Shown one piece after another: positions 51,378-62,252 of a stretch of 64,000 nt of DNA. The notes below the pieces were generated by a model that saw only the letters and a program-made list of their open reading frames with translations, was not told the DNA's origin and did not search any database. Source of the stretch: Acidobacteriota bacterium (GTDB lineage Bacteria > Acidobacteriota > Polarisedimenticolia > J045). Position 1 is the stretch's first letter; the number at the start of each line of letters is the position of its first letter. Position numbers and translations under genes: made by a program. Location: contig RFHH01000119.1 of the NCBI GenBank assembly GCA_003696075.1, positions 10,873-74,872 on the forward strand, written 5' to 3'.

Positions 51378-51463
51378 GCCGCGGCGGGAAGTCGGTTGCG
51401 CCCGGGCGTCTACCTCGCCTAAAAAAGGCCCCGGGTGCGGGGAGTGCCGGAGGGGAGGTCAAG

Positions 51464-51955
51464 ATGAGCCTGTGGAGACGCTGTGCGGCCTTGTCGGCTG
51501 TGGCGCTGCTGCTCGCCGCCGCCGGGTGCCTCGGCCGCGGGAACGAGGCGGAGGACCAGAAGGCGCTCCTGGACAACGTCAAGGCCTGGGAGGAGGCGAG
51601 CAACGCCGGCGATGTCGACCGCCTGCTCGGCCTGCTCACGCCGCATGCCCGCGTCCTTCCCCCCAACCACGCATCCGTCGAAGGGGATGAAGCGCTGCGC
51701 GCTTTCTTCCAGGAGATGGCGGATGCGGGCGTGACGCTGGAACTCCAGAACGAGGATGTGGCGGGGGACCGCAACCTCGCCTACACGGCGGGCCGCTACG
51801 CGGTGAAGGGACCGGACGGCACCGAGATCGACCACGGGAAGTACCTCGAGGTCTGGCGCCGGATCGAGGGTGCCTGGAAGCTCCACCGCCTGATGTGGAA
51901 CAGCAGTGTGGAGGTGCCGGAGCCGGCGGCCGCCGGGGAGGAGGGCGGCGCCTGA
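51464..51955 (+). CDS. DUF4440/SnoaL-like (NTF2 fold) lipoprotein
   Basis: Lipobox-like AAGC; LAYTAGRY...DHGKYLEVWRR..GAWKLHRLMWNS; RBS GGAGG. Confidence 0.82.
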   Translation: MSLWRRCAALSAVALLLAAAGCLGRGNEAEDQKALLDNVKAWEEASNAGDVDRLLGLLTPHARVLPPNHASVEGDEALRAFFQEMADAGVTLELQNEDVAGDRNLAYTAGRYAVKGPDGTEIDHGKYLEVWRRIEGAWKLHRLMWNSSVEVPEPAAAGEEGGA

Positions 51956-51958
51956 GAT

Positions 51959-53446
51959 TCAGCGCGCGGGCGCCACGCCGCGCTCGCGCGCGAGCCGCTC
52001 GAGCAGACGCCGGACCTCATCGACGTCGCCGGGCTGAAGTCCCGGGAGCCGGAGGGCGAGCCGCGCGGCCCGCTCGGCGAGCGCCGGGTCGAGCGTGGCG
52101 GACAGGCGCGCCGCCTTGACGGCCATGGGCGCGGTGAGCCCCTTTTCCGCCGCCTGGAGCGCCGACTCGATGGCGGCGCGGGCCGCGGCGCCCTCTCCAC
52201 CTTCGGCCAGAGCGCGCGCCACCCTGAGCAGCAATCCCGGATCCGCGGGAGGCTCGGGGATGTAGCGCACCAGTTCCATCCACTGCTCGCGCACCACGTC
52301 GGTCTCGCCTTCCCGAGACGCCCGGTCGATCGCGCGGAGCATCGCCGGAACCGCTTCGGGAACCCGGTCCCGGGCGCACGCCAGGCGCCACAGCGCCAGG
52401 GCGGCATCGCGATCGTCCGGCCGGCGGATCGCCAGCCGGCGCAGCCGGTCCCACGCCTCGTCGAGACGGCCGGCCTCTTCGGCGGCGAGCGCGAGCTCCA
52501 GCTCCGGGTTGGCGTGGACGGTCCGCTCGATCCGCCGCCGGATGCCGGGCTCGACGTACCGCTCCTCGATGCCGAAACGCTTGATCGCGAAGGCCGCCGC
52601 GGCGCCGGCCGCGAACCCTCCGACGTGTGCCCAGTATGCGACGCCGTCCGTCGAGCCGGCGCCCGTCAGCGACGCCATGAAGAGCTGCTGCCCCAGCCAG
52701 AGTCCCAGCATCGTCCAGGCCGGGGCCCAGAAGGTGCCCCGGGCCCACAGGCCGAACAGGTAAAAGAAGCGAACCCGCATCCTGGTGAAGCGGACCATGA
52801 AAGCGCCCATCACACCGGCGATGGCACCCGAAGCTCCCACGAGGGGCACATCGGAGCCCGGGTGGGTGGCCACGTGCGCCGCGGCAGCCACGAGGCCCGC
52901 TCCGAGATACAAGGCGGTGAAAAGCGGCCGCCCCAGGCGGTCCTCGACGAAGGGACCGACGAAGTAGAGGATGAGCATGTTTCCCAGGAGATGCAGCCAT
53001 CCGACGTGCAGGAACATGTGGGTGACGAAAGCGGTGGCGGAGCGCCGCGCCGGCCGCAGCCCATAGCGACGGAGCGGATGGTTGCGCCGCAGCTCGAGCG
53101 CCTTGCCGCAGAGTTCCTCGAGCCGGCGCTGCTCCGCGGCGATATCGGTTCCCCGCTCCCTCGCCTGGCGCCCCAGCTCCTTCAGCACTTCCCGAAGGGG
53201 TTCCCGATCGCGCTCCCGAACGTCCTCGAAGACGATGGTTGCGAACTCCTCCGGCAGCTCGAGGTAGGGGTGCTGCTGATAGAAGCGGATCGCCTCACCG
53301 AAGGCCCGGGCGACATCCGCTTCGGACACCGGCGGCACCAGCTCGGTGACGGCGAACGCCGCAGCGCAGGCCGCCATCAGACCGAACGTGATCCAGGGCA
53401 CGCGCCGGACCGAGTCCTGCTCGATGTCGATCGGGACGACGAGTAT
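51959..53446 (-). CDS. Rhomboid intramembrane serine protease with helical C-terminal domain (probable ATA start)
   Basis: HLLGNML, GASGAIAG (Ser), AHVGG (His). In-frame ATA at 53446 follows GGAGGAG; the alternative is GTG at 53401. Confidence 0.9.
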   Translation of the reverse strand: MLVVPIDIEQDSVRRVPWITFGLMAACAAAFAVTELVPPVSEADVARAFGEAIRFYQQHPYLELPEEFATIVFEDVRERDREPLREVLKELGRQARERGTDIAAEQRRLEELCGKALELRRNHPLRRYGLRPARRSATAFVTHMFLHVGWLHLLGNMLILYFVGPFVEDRLGRPLFTALYLGAGLVAAAAHVATHPGSDVPLVGASGAIAGVMGAFMVRFTRMRVRFFYLFGLWARGTFWAPAWTMLGLWLGQQLFMASLTGAGSTDGVAYWAHVGGFAAGAAAAFAIKRFGIEERYVEPGIRRRIERTVHANPELELALAAEEAGRLDEAWDRLRRLAIRRPDDRDAALALWRLACARDRVPEAVPAMLRAIDRASREGETDVVREQWMELVRYIPEPPADPGLLLRVARALAEGGEGAAARAAIESALQAAEKGLTAPMAVKAARLSATLDPALAERAARLALRLPGLQPGDVDEVRRLLERLARERGVAPAR

Positions 53447-53523
53447 GGCTCCTCCCCGGCGGCCGAACGGGCCGCCGGGGAAAAAGCTAGGTCAGCCGGC
53501 CCTCCGGGGCGAGCGCGGCCGCG

Positions 53524-56500
53524 TCAGGGTGTCTTCACCGGAGCCTCCGGCCTCGGAGGTCGGACCACCGGGTGGGCCTCGATCGCTCGCATCACCTCCT
53601 GAACGGCTCGCTCGAGCTGCGGGTCCCGCCCTTCGATCAGCGATTTGGGATCGTTCTCCACCTCGATGTCGGGATCGACGCCGTGCCCCTCGATCACCCA
53701 GTGCCCTTCCGCGTCGGCCGTGCCCGCTTCCGGAACGTAGATCGTTCCGCCGTCCATCAGCGGCGCCCGGCCGTAGATGCCGACGACGCCGCCCCAGGTG
53801 CGCTTTCCGATCAGCGGACCGAGTCCCGCGGCGCGGAACACGTAGGCGAACTGATCGCCGTCCGACGCCGTGTCCTCGTCGATCAAGCAGACCAGCCGGC
53901 CAGGGAACACTCCCGTCGGGTACGGATCCCAGTAATCGCGGTTCCGCTCGTAGTCGATCATCAGCAGCTTTCGGCTGAGCCTGTCGATGATCATCTGGGA
54001 GACGTTGCCTCCGCCGTTACCCCTGACGTCGATCACGAGCCCGTCCTTGTCGAGCTGCGGGTAGTACCACTTGATGAACTCCTGGATGCCGCTGGCGCCC
54101 ATGTCGGGAAGGTGCAGGTAGCCGACGCGCCCCCCGCTGAGCTCGGCGACACGCTCCCGGTTTCGGGTGACCCATTCGAGATAGATGAGAGAGGCCTCCG
54201 ACCGAATCGGCCGGTACACCGCCTTCCTCGCCCCTTCGAACGTCGGCTTCTCGTTCACGGTGAGCACGACGGGGCCACCCGCACGATTGCGCAGCACCCG
54301 GTAGGGGTTCTCGTCCGCCGTCAACTCCTCCCCGTCGATCGCGAGCACGTAGTCGCCTTCCCGAACGTCAACACCGACCTCCGTCAGCGGGGAGCGGTAC
54401 TTGGGCTCCTCGTTCTGGCCCCGGAAGATCTTCACGATCCGGTAGCGTCCGGCCTCGGCGTCCAGCGCGAAGCGGGCGCCGGGAAGGGCGACCGACGGGC
54501 GCTGTGGCAGGCCGAGATCGCCGCCCGCCACGTAGGCGTGCCCCACGTTCAGTTCCGCGATCATCTCACCGATCACATAGTTGAGATCGGAGCGGTGCGC
54601 CACGTGATCGAGCCACGGGCGGTACTGCTCCCGCAGTGCCTCCCAGTCATAGCCGTGCATGTTCTCCACGTAGAAGAAGTCGCGGTACCGCCGCCAGACC
54701 TCGTTGAAGATCTGACGCCACTCGAGAGCCGGGACCCTCCACACCTTCAGGCCGGACGTCGAGACATCCTTGGCCTTTTCAGGGCCATTGGGATCGGCGT
54801 CGAAGACATGAAAACCGGAGTCGTCTCTCACCAGGACCTTCCGGCGGTCCGCCGAGAGCGCGTAGCCCTTGACCCCCGACAGGAGCTTGGAAGCCTTCCT
54901 CTTCTCGAGATCGAAATACTCGAGGGTCGGCGGCACGTCGGTTTCGCGGCCATAGTAGTCGGCGCCCGACGTGACGTACAGGAGTCCTCCCTCGACGGCC
55001 GACAGGCCGTCGATGTTGCCGGCCTCGATCGGGATTCGGACAACGCGGTCGGCGAGGCCGTCGAAGTCGACGCGGACCTCCGGAAGCCCTTTCTTCTCTC
55101 CTTCCTTCTTCTTCTTGTCCGCCGCGCCGGCCTTCTCTTCTTCCTCGGGGGGCAGTGCCGACTCGACCTCGTCGATCCTCGGCGGCACAGGGCTCGGCGT
55201 GTCCTTTGCCAGCGCCAGGGCGAAGACCCCCGTCTCGCGGTCGAGAACGTAGTTCCACTCGATCGAGCCGAGTTGCGGAGCGAAGTCGCGATCGGCGAGG
55301 AAGAAGAGGTACTTGCCCTCGGGTCCCCAGACGGGGTTCCTCTCGTTGAAGAGCCGGCTCGTGACGCGGTGCGACCTCCCGGTCTCGGCCTCCCAGATGA
55401 ACAGGGAGCGGCGGTCGTTCGTCTCGCCCAGGCTGTAGGCGAGGAAACGCCCGTCCGGCGACCAGTCGGGATCGAGACCGAAGGGCTGCGGGTCGTCGGC
55501 GACAAGGCGCACCCGGTGCGAGTCGAACTCGTAAACGTAGAGGCGGCCTGCCTGGTCGTGATAGGCGATCCTCTTGCCGTCCGGCGACCAGACGATCCCC
55601 TCCAGATAGGCACGGTGCTCCTCGGTGAGCTTGACCGGATGTCCCTCGCCCGACGCCGGCATCACGTAGAGCTGGTCCTCCCCGTCGCGGTCGGAGATGA
55701 ACGCCACCCGTTTGCCGTCCGGCGAATAGCGTGCGGAGCGGTCGTGGGCCCCAGGCGACCGCGTCAGATCGATGGTCCGGCCGTGCTCGACCGGCGTCGA
55801 GAGCACCTCTCCCCGCGCCACGAACAGCACCCGGCGCCCCTTGGGGCTGAGCGAATAGTCCTCGATGTTGCGGGAAGCGTCGACGTACCCCGGGCGCATC
55901 CACACGCCGTCGTGGGGGACCGTGATCGGGACCTTGTGCTCCTCCCGCGTCTCGACGTCGAGCACGTGGAGTTCGCCGTTCAGCTCGAACACGATCCGGC
56001 GCTCGCCATCGGTTGCCGGCCACCGAACATCCCACGTCTCGAACCTGGTGATCGGCTCGATCTCCCGCGTTTCCAGATCGAAGCGGTAGATGTTGTTCTT
56101 GCCGCTCCGGTCGGACGTGAAGTAGATCGCATTGCCGATCCACATCGGATCGCGGTCGGACCGGGGATGGCGTGTGATGCGCTCGATCTCATAGGTATCG
56201 AGGTCGAAGATGTACAGCTCCTGGGCCCAGCCGCCCTCGTAGCGCTTCCAGGTGCGGAAATCGCGCACCAGCGGAGAGTAGACGACGCGCCGGCCGTCCG
56301 GCGACAGGTCGGCGCAACCCGCGTAAGGAAGCGGAAGCGCCTCCGGAAGCCCGCCCTTCGGGCTCACCGTGTACAGGCGGCTGTCCGTCAGCCCATAGGA
56401 GTCCCGCAGCGACCTGAAGAGGATGCGGCTCCCGTCCGGGGTCCAGCCGTAGACCTGGTTGTCGTAGCCCCAGCGGGGCGGGAGGGGGCCACGTGCAGGG

Positions 56501-56820
56501 TAGAACGTGAGCTGCTTCGGCACTCCTCCGCCGGCCGGCATCACGTAGACCTGTTCGTCGCCGTCGTACTGGCCCGTGAACGCGATCCACTTCCCATCGG
56601 GCGAGAAGCGGGCGAACAGTTCCAGCCCGGGGTGGCTGGTCAGGCGGACCGCGGTGCCTCCCTCCACCGGCGCCGACCAGAGATCACCGGCGTAGGTGAA
56701 CACGATCCGGTTCCCGTGGATGTCGGGAAACCTGAGGAGCTTCGTCTGGGCGGCGGCGGCCGTCACCGCCAGAAGGAAAACCAAGACACCGGCCGAAAGA
56801 CGGAAGCGGGAACGCCACAT
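53524..56820 (-). CDS. Tricorn-type S41 protease (beta-propellers, PDZ)
   Basis: Signal peptide, LLRFPDIHG, FSPDG repeats, GYLHLPDMG, DVRGNGGG, ASDGD, GKRTWGG. Confidence 0.95.
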   Translation of the reverse strand: MWRSRFRLSAGVLVFLLAVTAAAAQTKLLRFPDIHGNRIVFTYAGDLWSAPVEGGTAVRLTSHPGLELFARFSPDGKWIAFTGQYDGDEQVYVMPAGGGVPKQLTFYPARGPLPPRWGYDNQVYGWTPDGSRILFRSLRDSYGLTDSRLYTVSPKGGLPEALPLPYAGCADLSPDGRRVVYSPLVRDFRTWKRYEGGWAQELYIFDLDTYEIERITRHPRSDRDPMWIGNAIYFTSDRSGKNNIYRFDLETREIEPITRFETWDVRWPATDGERRIVFELNGELHVLDVETREEHKVPITVPHDGVWMRPGYVDASRNIEDYSLSPKGRRVLFVARGEVLSTPVEHGRTIDLTRSPGAHDRSARYSPDGKRVAFISDRDGEDQLYVMPASGEGHPVKLTEEHRAYLEGIVWSPDGKRIAYHDQAGRLYVYEFDSHRVRLVADDPQPFGLDPDWSPDGRFLAYSLGETNDRRSLFIWEAETGRSHRVTSRLFNERNPVWGPEGKYLFFLADRDFAPQLGSIEWNYVLDRETGVFALALAKDTPSPVPPRIDEVESALPPEEEEKAGAADKKKKEGEKKGLPEVRVDFDGLADRVVRIPIEAGNIDGLSAVEGGLLYVTSGADYYGRETDVPPTLEYFDLEKRKASKLLSGVKGYALSADRRKVLVRDDSGFHVFDADPNGPEKAKDVSTSGLKVWRVPALEWRQIFNEVWRRYRDFFYVENMHGYDWEALREQYRPWLDHVAHRSDLNYVIGEMIAELNVGHAYVAGGDLGLPQRPSVALPGARFALDAEAGRYRIVKIFRGQNEEPKYRSPLTEVGVDVREGDYVLAIDGEELTADENPYRVLRNRAGGPVVLTVNEKPTFEGARKAVYRPIRSEASLIYLEWVTRNRERVAELSGGRVGYLHLPDMGASGIQEFIKWYYPQLDKDGLVIDVRGNGGGNVSQMIIDRLSRKLLMIDYERNRDYWDPYPTGVFPGRLVCLIDEDTASDGDQFAYVFRAAGLGPLIGKRTWGGVVGIYGRAPLMDGGTIYVPEAGTADAEGHWVIEGHGVDPDIEVENDPKSLIEGRDPQLERAVQEVMRAIEAHPVVRPPRPEAPVKTP

Positions 56821-56916
56821 GGACCGAGCCCTCCATCCCGCCGCGGGGCGCGACGTCGACAGGGCGCGCGATTCTATCGCGGTTCGCGGCCGCCCGCTCC
56901 GGAGGAAGGGACCGAC

Positions 56917-57872
56917 TCAGTCGTACCGGACCTCCCGGACGGCACCCTGCGAGCGGAACCACGCGATCGTCCGCTCGAGCCCTTCCTCGAGCGGTGTGCG
57001 CGCCGACCAGCCCAGCAGGCGTCGGGCCCGGGTCACGTCCAGGCAGCGGCGAGGCTGGCCGTCGGGCTTCGACGGATCCCACCGGAGCCGCCCGCGGTAG
57101 CCCACCAGCCGCGCTATCGTCTCTGCGAGTCGCCGGATCGTGATCTCCTCGCCGGTTCCCAGGTTGATCGGAACCGGATCCTCCATCGTCTCAGCCGCGG
57201 CGAGAATCCCCTCCGCCGCGTCGTCCACGTAGAGGAACTCCCGCGACGCCTCCCCCGTTCCCCAGCAGACGACCTCGTCCGCTCGCGCGTCCGCCGCGGC
57301 GCTCATCTTGCGGATCAAGGCCGGTATCACGTGCGACGTCTCCAGGTCGAAGTTGTCACCGGGACCGTACAAGTTGACCGGAAGAACCACGGCGCTTCGC
57401 AGCCCGTATTCCCGCCGGTAGGCATCCAGCATCACGATCAATGCCCTCTTGGCGATCCCGTAGGGGGCGTTGGTTTCCTCGGGGAATCCGTTCCACAGGT
57501 CCTCCTCCCGGAACGGTACCGGCGTGTGCTTCGGGTAGGAGCATACGGTGCCGACCTGCACGAATTTCCGGATACCCCGCTTTCTGGCGTGCTCGATGAG
57601 ATGAAGACCCATCGCCAGGTTGGCGTAGAAGAAGCGACCTGGGTGGGCGCGGTTCGCGCCGATGCCGCCCACCTCCGCGGCCAGGTGGATCACGACCTCG
57701 GGACGGGCCACCTCGAAGAGCCGCTCGACGTCCTGCTCCCTGGTGAGATCGAAGTCGCGGCGCCGGGGGACGAACGGCTGGCCGCCGCGCGCCGCCAGCA
57801 GCCGGCAGACGGCCCGGCCGAGAAATCCTGCGCCGCCCGTGACAGTGACCCTCGTTCTCCTCCAGTCGAGCT

Positions 57873-57876
<4 letters not shown>
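56917..57876 (-). CDS. fcl: GDP-L-fucose synthase
   Basis: [57 protein letters not shown] overlap with gmd. Confidence 0.94.
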
Positions 57877-58973
<1,097 letters not shown>

Positions 58974-59172
58974 GCCGCCTCCGCTCGGGGCCCCGCGGGA
59001 CCTTCCGGATGCCGGGGGCCCCGCTGGCGGGAGAATACCCCCTCCCGAAGGCCGCCGGCGAGCGGCCCCGGGGCCGTGTCACGACCATGACATAGCCATG
59101 CCAGGATCGTTTCGACCCGCGGGGGCCCACAACGCCGGCCCTGACTCGCGGGGCGACACGAAAAGACCGAGG

Positions 59173-60333
59173 ATGAGCAAGATGCTTTCGAATCCGTTGT
59201 TCCAGGGACTTCTTCCCCTCCCTTGGTGGGGATACGTCCTGGTGGCCCTCGCGATGACCCACATGACGGTCGTCGCGGTGACGATCTTCCTCCACCGCGC
59301 CCAGGCGCACCGCTCGGTGACGCTGCACCCGGCCGTCGAGCACGCGCTGCGCTTCTGGCTTTGGCTCACCACCGGGCTCCGGACGAAGGAGTGGGTGGCC
59401 GTCCACCGCAAGCACCACGCGAAGGTGGAGACCGCGGACGATCCGCACAGCCCGCGCGTCAAGGGGCTGTGGAAGGTCGTCTTCGGCGGCGTCGGCCTGT
59501 ACCGTGCGGCCGCTGCCGACCCCGAGACGCTCGCGACCTATGGCAAGGGAACTCCCGACGACGCGATGGAGCGGAGGGTTTACGCCGCCCATCCGATGCT
59601 CGGCATCGTGTTGATGGCCGCCGTGGACCTGGCGCTGTTCGGCGCGGCGGGCGCCTTGATCTGGATCGTTCAGATGATCTGGATTCCGTTCTGGGCTGCG
59701 GGCGTGATCAACGGGATCGGCCACCGCATCGGCTACCGGAACTTCGACACCCGCGACGACTCCTCGAACATCGTTCCGTGGGGAGTGATCATGGGCGGTG
59801 AAGAGCTCCACAACAACCACCACGCCCGCCCGGGCTCCGCACGCCTGTCGCACAGGTGGTTCGAGCTGGACATCGCCTGGATCTACCTCCTGGCCCTCGA
59901 GCGCCTCGGACTCGCCCGCCTCCGGCGTCCCCGGCAGGCACGGCCCGCGCCGGCGCCCGACGGCGCCGCTGCCGCCGCGAAGCGCTACGCGGCCGAGGTG
60001 CTGCTGCCGGCGCTCCGCGAGGAGCTCTCCCGGGCCGAGGGAGCGGTACGCGCCATGCTGGCCCGGTGCCAGGAAGAACTCCAGCGCAACCCGCTGGGAC
60101 CGGCCCCGACAGCCGAGCGCCTGGAACGGGCAGAAGAGGTCGGACCGGCGGTGCGCGCCATGCTCGCCGCCAGGCGCCGGCTCGTCGACGCGTGGAAGCG
60201 CGCGTCGCGAGGCGCCGCCGACGGGCGGGCTGCGATCGAGGAATGGCTGGAGACCGCCGAGCGGAGCGGTGTCGAGATGCTCGAGCGGTTCGCGGCCGGC
60301 CTGCGACTCGACATGGAACTCGAGCGCACCTGA
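59173..60333 (+). CDS. Membrane fatty acid (delta-9-type, DesA-like) desaturase
   Basis: His boxes HRAQAH, HRKHH and HNNHH; DPHSP. Confidence 0.93.
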   Translation: MSKMLSNPLFQGLLPLPWWGYVLVALAMTHMTVVAVTIFLHRAQAHRSVTLHPAVEHALRFWLWLTTGLRTKEWVAVHRKHHAKVETADDPHSPRVKGLWKVVFGGVGLYRAAAADPETLATYGKGTPDDAMERRVYAAHPMLGIVLMAAVDLALFGAAGALIWIVQMIWIPFWAAGVINGIGHRIGYRNFDTRDDSSNIVPWGVIMGGEELHNNHHARPGSARLSHRWFELDIAWIYLLALERLGLARLRRPRQARPAPAPDGAAAAAKRYAAEVLLPALREELSRAEGAVRAMLARCQEELQRNPLGPAPTAERLERAEEVGPAVRAMLAARRRLVDAWKRASRGAADGRAAIEEWLETAERSGVEMLERFAAGLRLDMELERT

Positions 60334-60386
60334 GCCGCCCCCGGGCGGCATCCGCCGCGCTCCCAACCGCGCAAACCCGGATCGCC

Positions 60387-60420
60387 CGAAGCCGCCGGCG
60401 CTCTTGCTCCGGCGGCTTCG
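60387..60420. terminator. Perfect 12-bp stem hairpin downstream of the desaturase
   Basis: CGAAGCCGCCGG-N10-CCGGCGGCTTCG; no U-tract. Confidence 0.45.
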
Positions 60421-60520
60421 CTGCGTTCAGATGAGGTTGAACGCAAGACTCCGGCGGACCCGCGTCGACGCAGCCTCCGTCGGTACCGCGGCGTTGCCGC
60501 GGCGCGGGAAGGGAGGTTGC

Positions 60521-61303
60521 ATGAACGATCGAATCCTTGCGGCGCGGAGGGCCATCCGCGCCGGCGCGATCGGGCTTTGCCTCGCGTCGCTCGGCACTCC
60601 CACCGCCCTGCTCGCCTGCATCCGGACCGACAGGGACAGCGAAACCACTTATACCTGCCAGATCGCCGGCCGGCCGATCAGCCTGGGGCTCTCGGTGGAC
60701 AGGAGTTCGAAAGACGAGGCCGTCGAGCGCGCGCTTCTTCGAGAGGGAGATCGCGTGCTCCTGGAGGCGGTGCTGACGATCACCCGGAGCGGCCTGAGGT
60801 TCGCGGGCCGCCTCGACGAAGACCCCTTTGTCTGGGCGGCCGAGTCCCGTTGGCCACACCGTGTGGTCTCGACGAGATCGTGGGGCGATCTCCGCCTCTC
60901 GGCGGAGGTCGACGAAACGCCCGCGGGAACGCTCACCGTCCGCCTGACCGAAGGGGATCTCGGGGCTTACCTTCTCCTCGTGAGCGGCCGGACGGCGTCC
61001 GCGGTGCTCCAGGCGGTGGAATGGATCGCCGCCGAGGCCGCGCCCGGAGATTTCCGGGTGCTGGCCCTCCGGTCCGCACTGAGGGGACTCACGATGGACA
61101 CGCACGGCGGAAGTCCCGTCGGACGATACCTCGGGTGCCTCGAGGACACGTGCAGGGCCTGCCGGGGATGCTGGGAGGGGGGCTGCCACTGCTGCCACGG
61201 CGACCCGTGGTGGGCCTGCGCCACGATCTGGACCTGCTACCTGGTCGGCTCCGAGCTCTGCGTGCTCCAGGAGATCAACGATCTCACGCCGAAGCTGCGG
61301 TGA
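60521..61303 (+). CDS. Hypothetical exported protein with a 10-Cys C-terminal domain (candidate bacteriocin-like precursor)
   Basis: RBS GGAGG; N-terminal signal (RRAIRAGAIGLCLASLG...ALLAC); tail ...HGG|SPVGRYLGCLEDTCRACRGCWEGGCHCCHGDPWWACATIWTCYLVGSELC... Confidence 0.7.
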   Translation: MNDRILAARRAIRAGAIGLCLASLGTPTALLACIRTDRDSETTYTCQIAGRPISLGLSVDRSSKDEAVERALLREGDRVLLEAVLTITRSGLRFAGRLDEDPFVWAAESRWPHRVVSTRSWGDLRLSAEVDETPAGTLTVRLTEGDLGAYLLLVSGRTASAVLQAVEWIAAEAAPGDFRVLALRSALRGLTMDTHGGSPVGRYLGCLEDTCRACRGCWEGGCHCCHGDPWWACATIWTCYLVGSELCVLQEINDLTPKLR

Positions 61304-61352
61304 GTGAGCTAGAATGAAGCGTTTTCCCGATTCCGGAGAGGAGGGTCCCTCC

Positions 61353-62252
61353 ATGATCCGGGTGCGGGGCTTGAAGTACCGGTATCGCGGGGGGTTCACG
61401 CTCGACGTGCCGAACCTCCACCTGCGTGCGGGGCAGGTGACCGCTCTCGTGGGACCCAACGGCTCCGGGAAGACGACGTTCCTCGGCCTGCTCGCGGGTC
61501 TCCTCAGGCCGGACGAGGGAAGCGTGGAGATCGGGGGGGAGCCGCTCGAGTCGGCTCTCCGGAGGCGGCGGGTCGCCGCCGCCTTCGACTTCCTGCCTCC
61601 GCAGTCCAATCTGCCCGCGTCGATCTGGATACGGACCCTGTCCCGGCTCCGCGCGGCGGATCCCGACCAACTCGCCCGCCTCGACCGCATCGTCCACGAG
61701 GACGGGATGGCCCCGTGGCTGAACCGCCCGCTGCCGCGGCTATCGGCGGGCCAGCGCCGGCAAGCGGCCCTGGCGATGGCGGTGATCGGGGATTGGGACA
61801 TCCTGCTGCTCGACGAGCCGTTCGCATCGCTCGACGCGGAGACGGCGGCGCGATGGATGCGGCGCATCGAGCGCTTCGCTGCAGCCGGGAAAACGATCGT
61901 CGTCAGCTCCCACCGGCTCCTCGAACTCGATCGCCTCGGGGACTGGTTCCTGTTCCTTCGCCAGGGCAGGATCCGGCACGAGAGCAGCAAGGACGATCTG
62001 GCGGCCTGCGACGAGATCCGGGTGGTGCTGCGCTGCAGCGAGGCCACGGCGCTCCGCATCCTCGGTCCGACGGCGATCCGCGAAATCCGTGCGGTGGCAC
62101 CGGGAGTCGTCTCGCTGATCGTCGACGGCCGGGTGGCCGGCGGGCTGGCGGGCGTTCTCAATCCCCTCGTGCGGGAAGGACTCGAGGTCCAGCGGATCGA
62201 ACCGCGGTTGACCGGACTCGAGCGAACCTACCATGAGGTCGGCCGTGCGTGA
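61353..62252 (+). CDS. ABC transporter ATP-binding protein
   Basis: GPNGSGKTT, LSAGQRRQ, LLLDEP, SSH; alternative ATG at 61314. Confidence 0.85.
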   Translation: MIRVRGLKYRYRGGFTLDVPNLHLRAGQVTALVGPNGSGKTTFLGLLAGLLRPDEGSVEIGGEPLESALRRRRVAAAFDFLPPQSNLPASIWIRTLSRLRAADPDQLARLDRIVHEDGMAPWLNRPLPRLSAGQRRQAALAMAVIGDWDILLLDEPFASLDAETAARWMRRIERFAAAGKTIVVSSHRLLELDRLGDWFLFLRQGRIRHESSKDDLAACDEIRVVLRCSEATALRILGPTAIREIRAVAPGVVSLIVDGRVAGGLAGVLNPLVREGLEVQRIEPRLTGLERTYHEVGRA

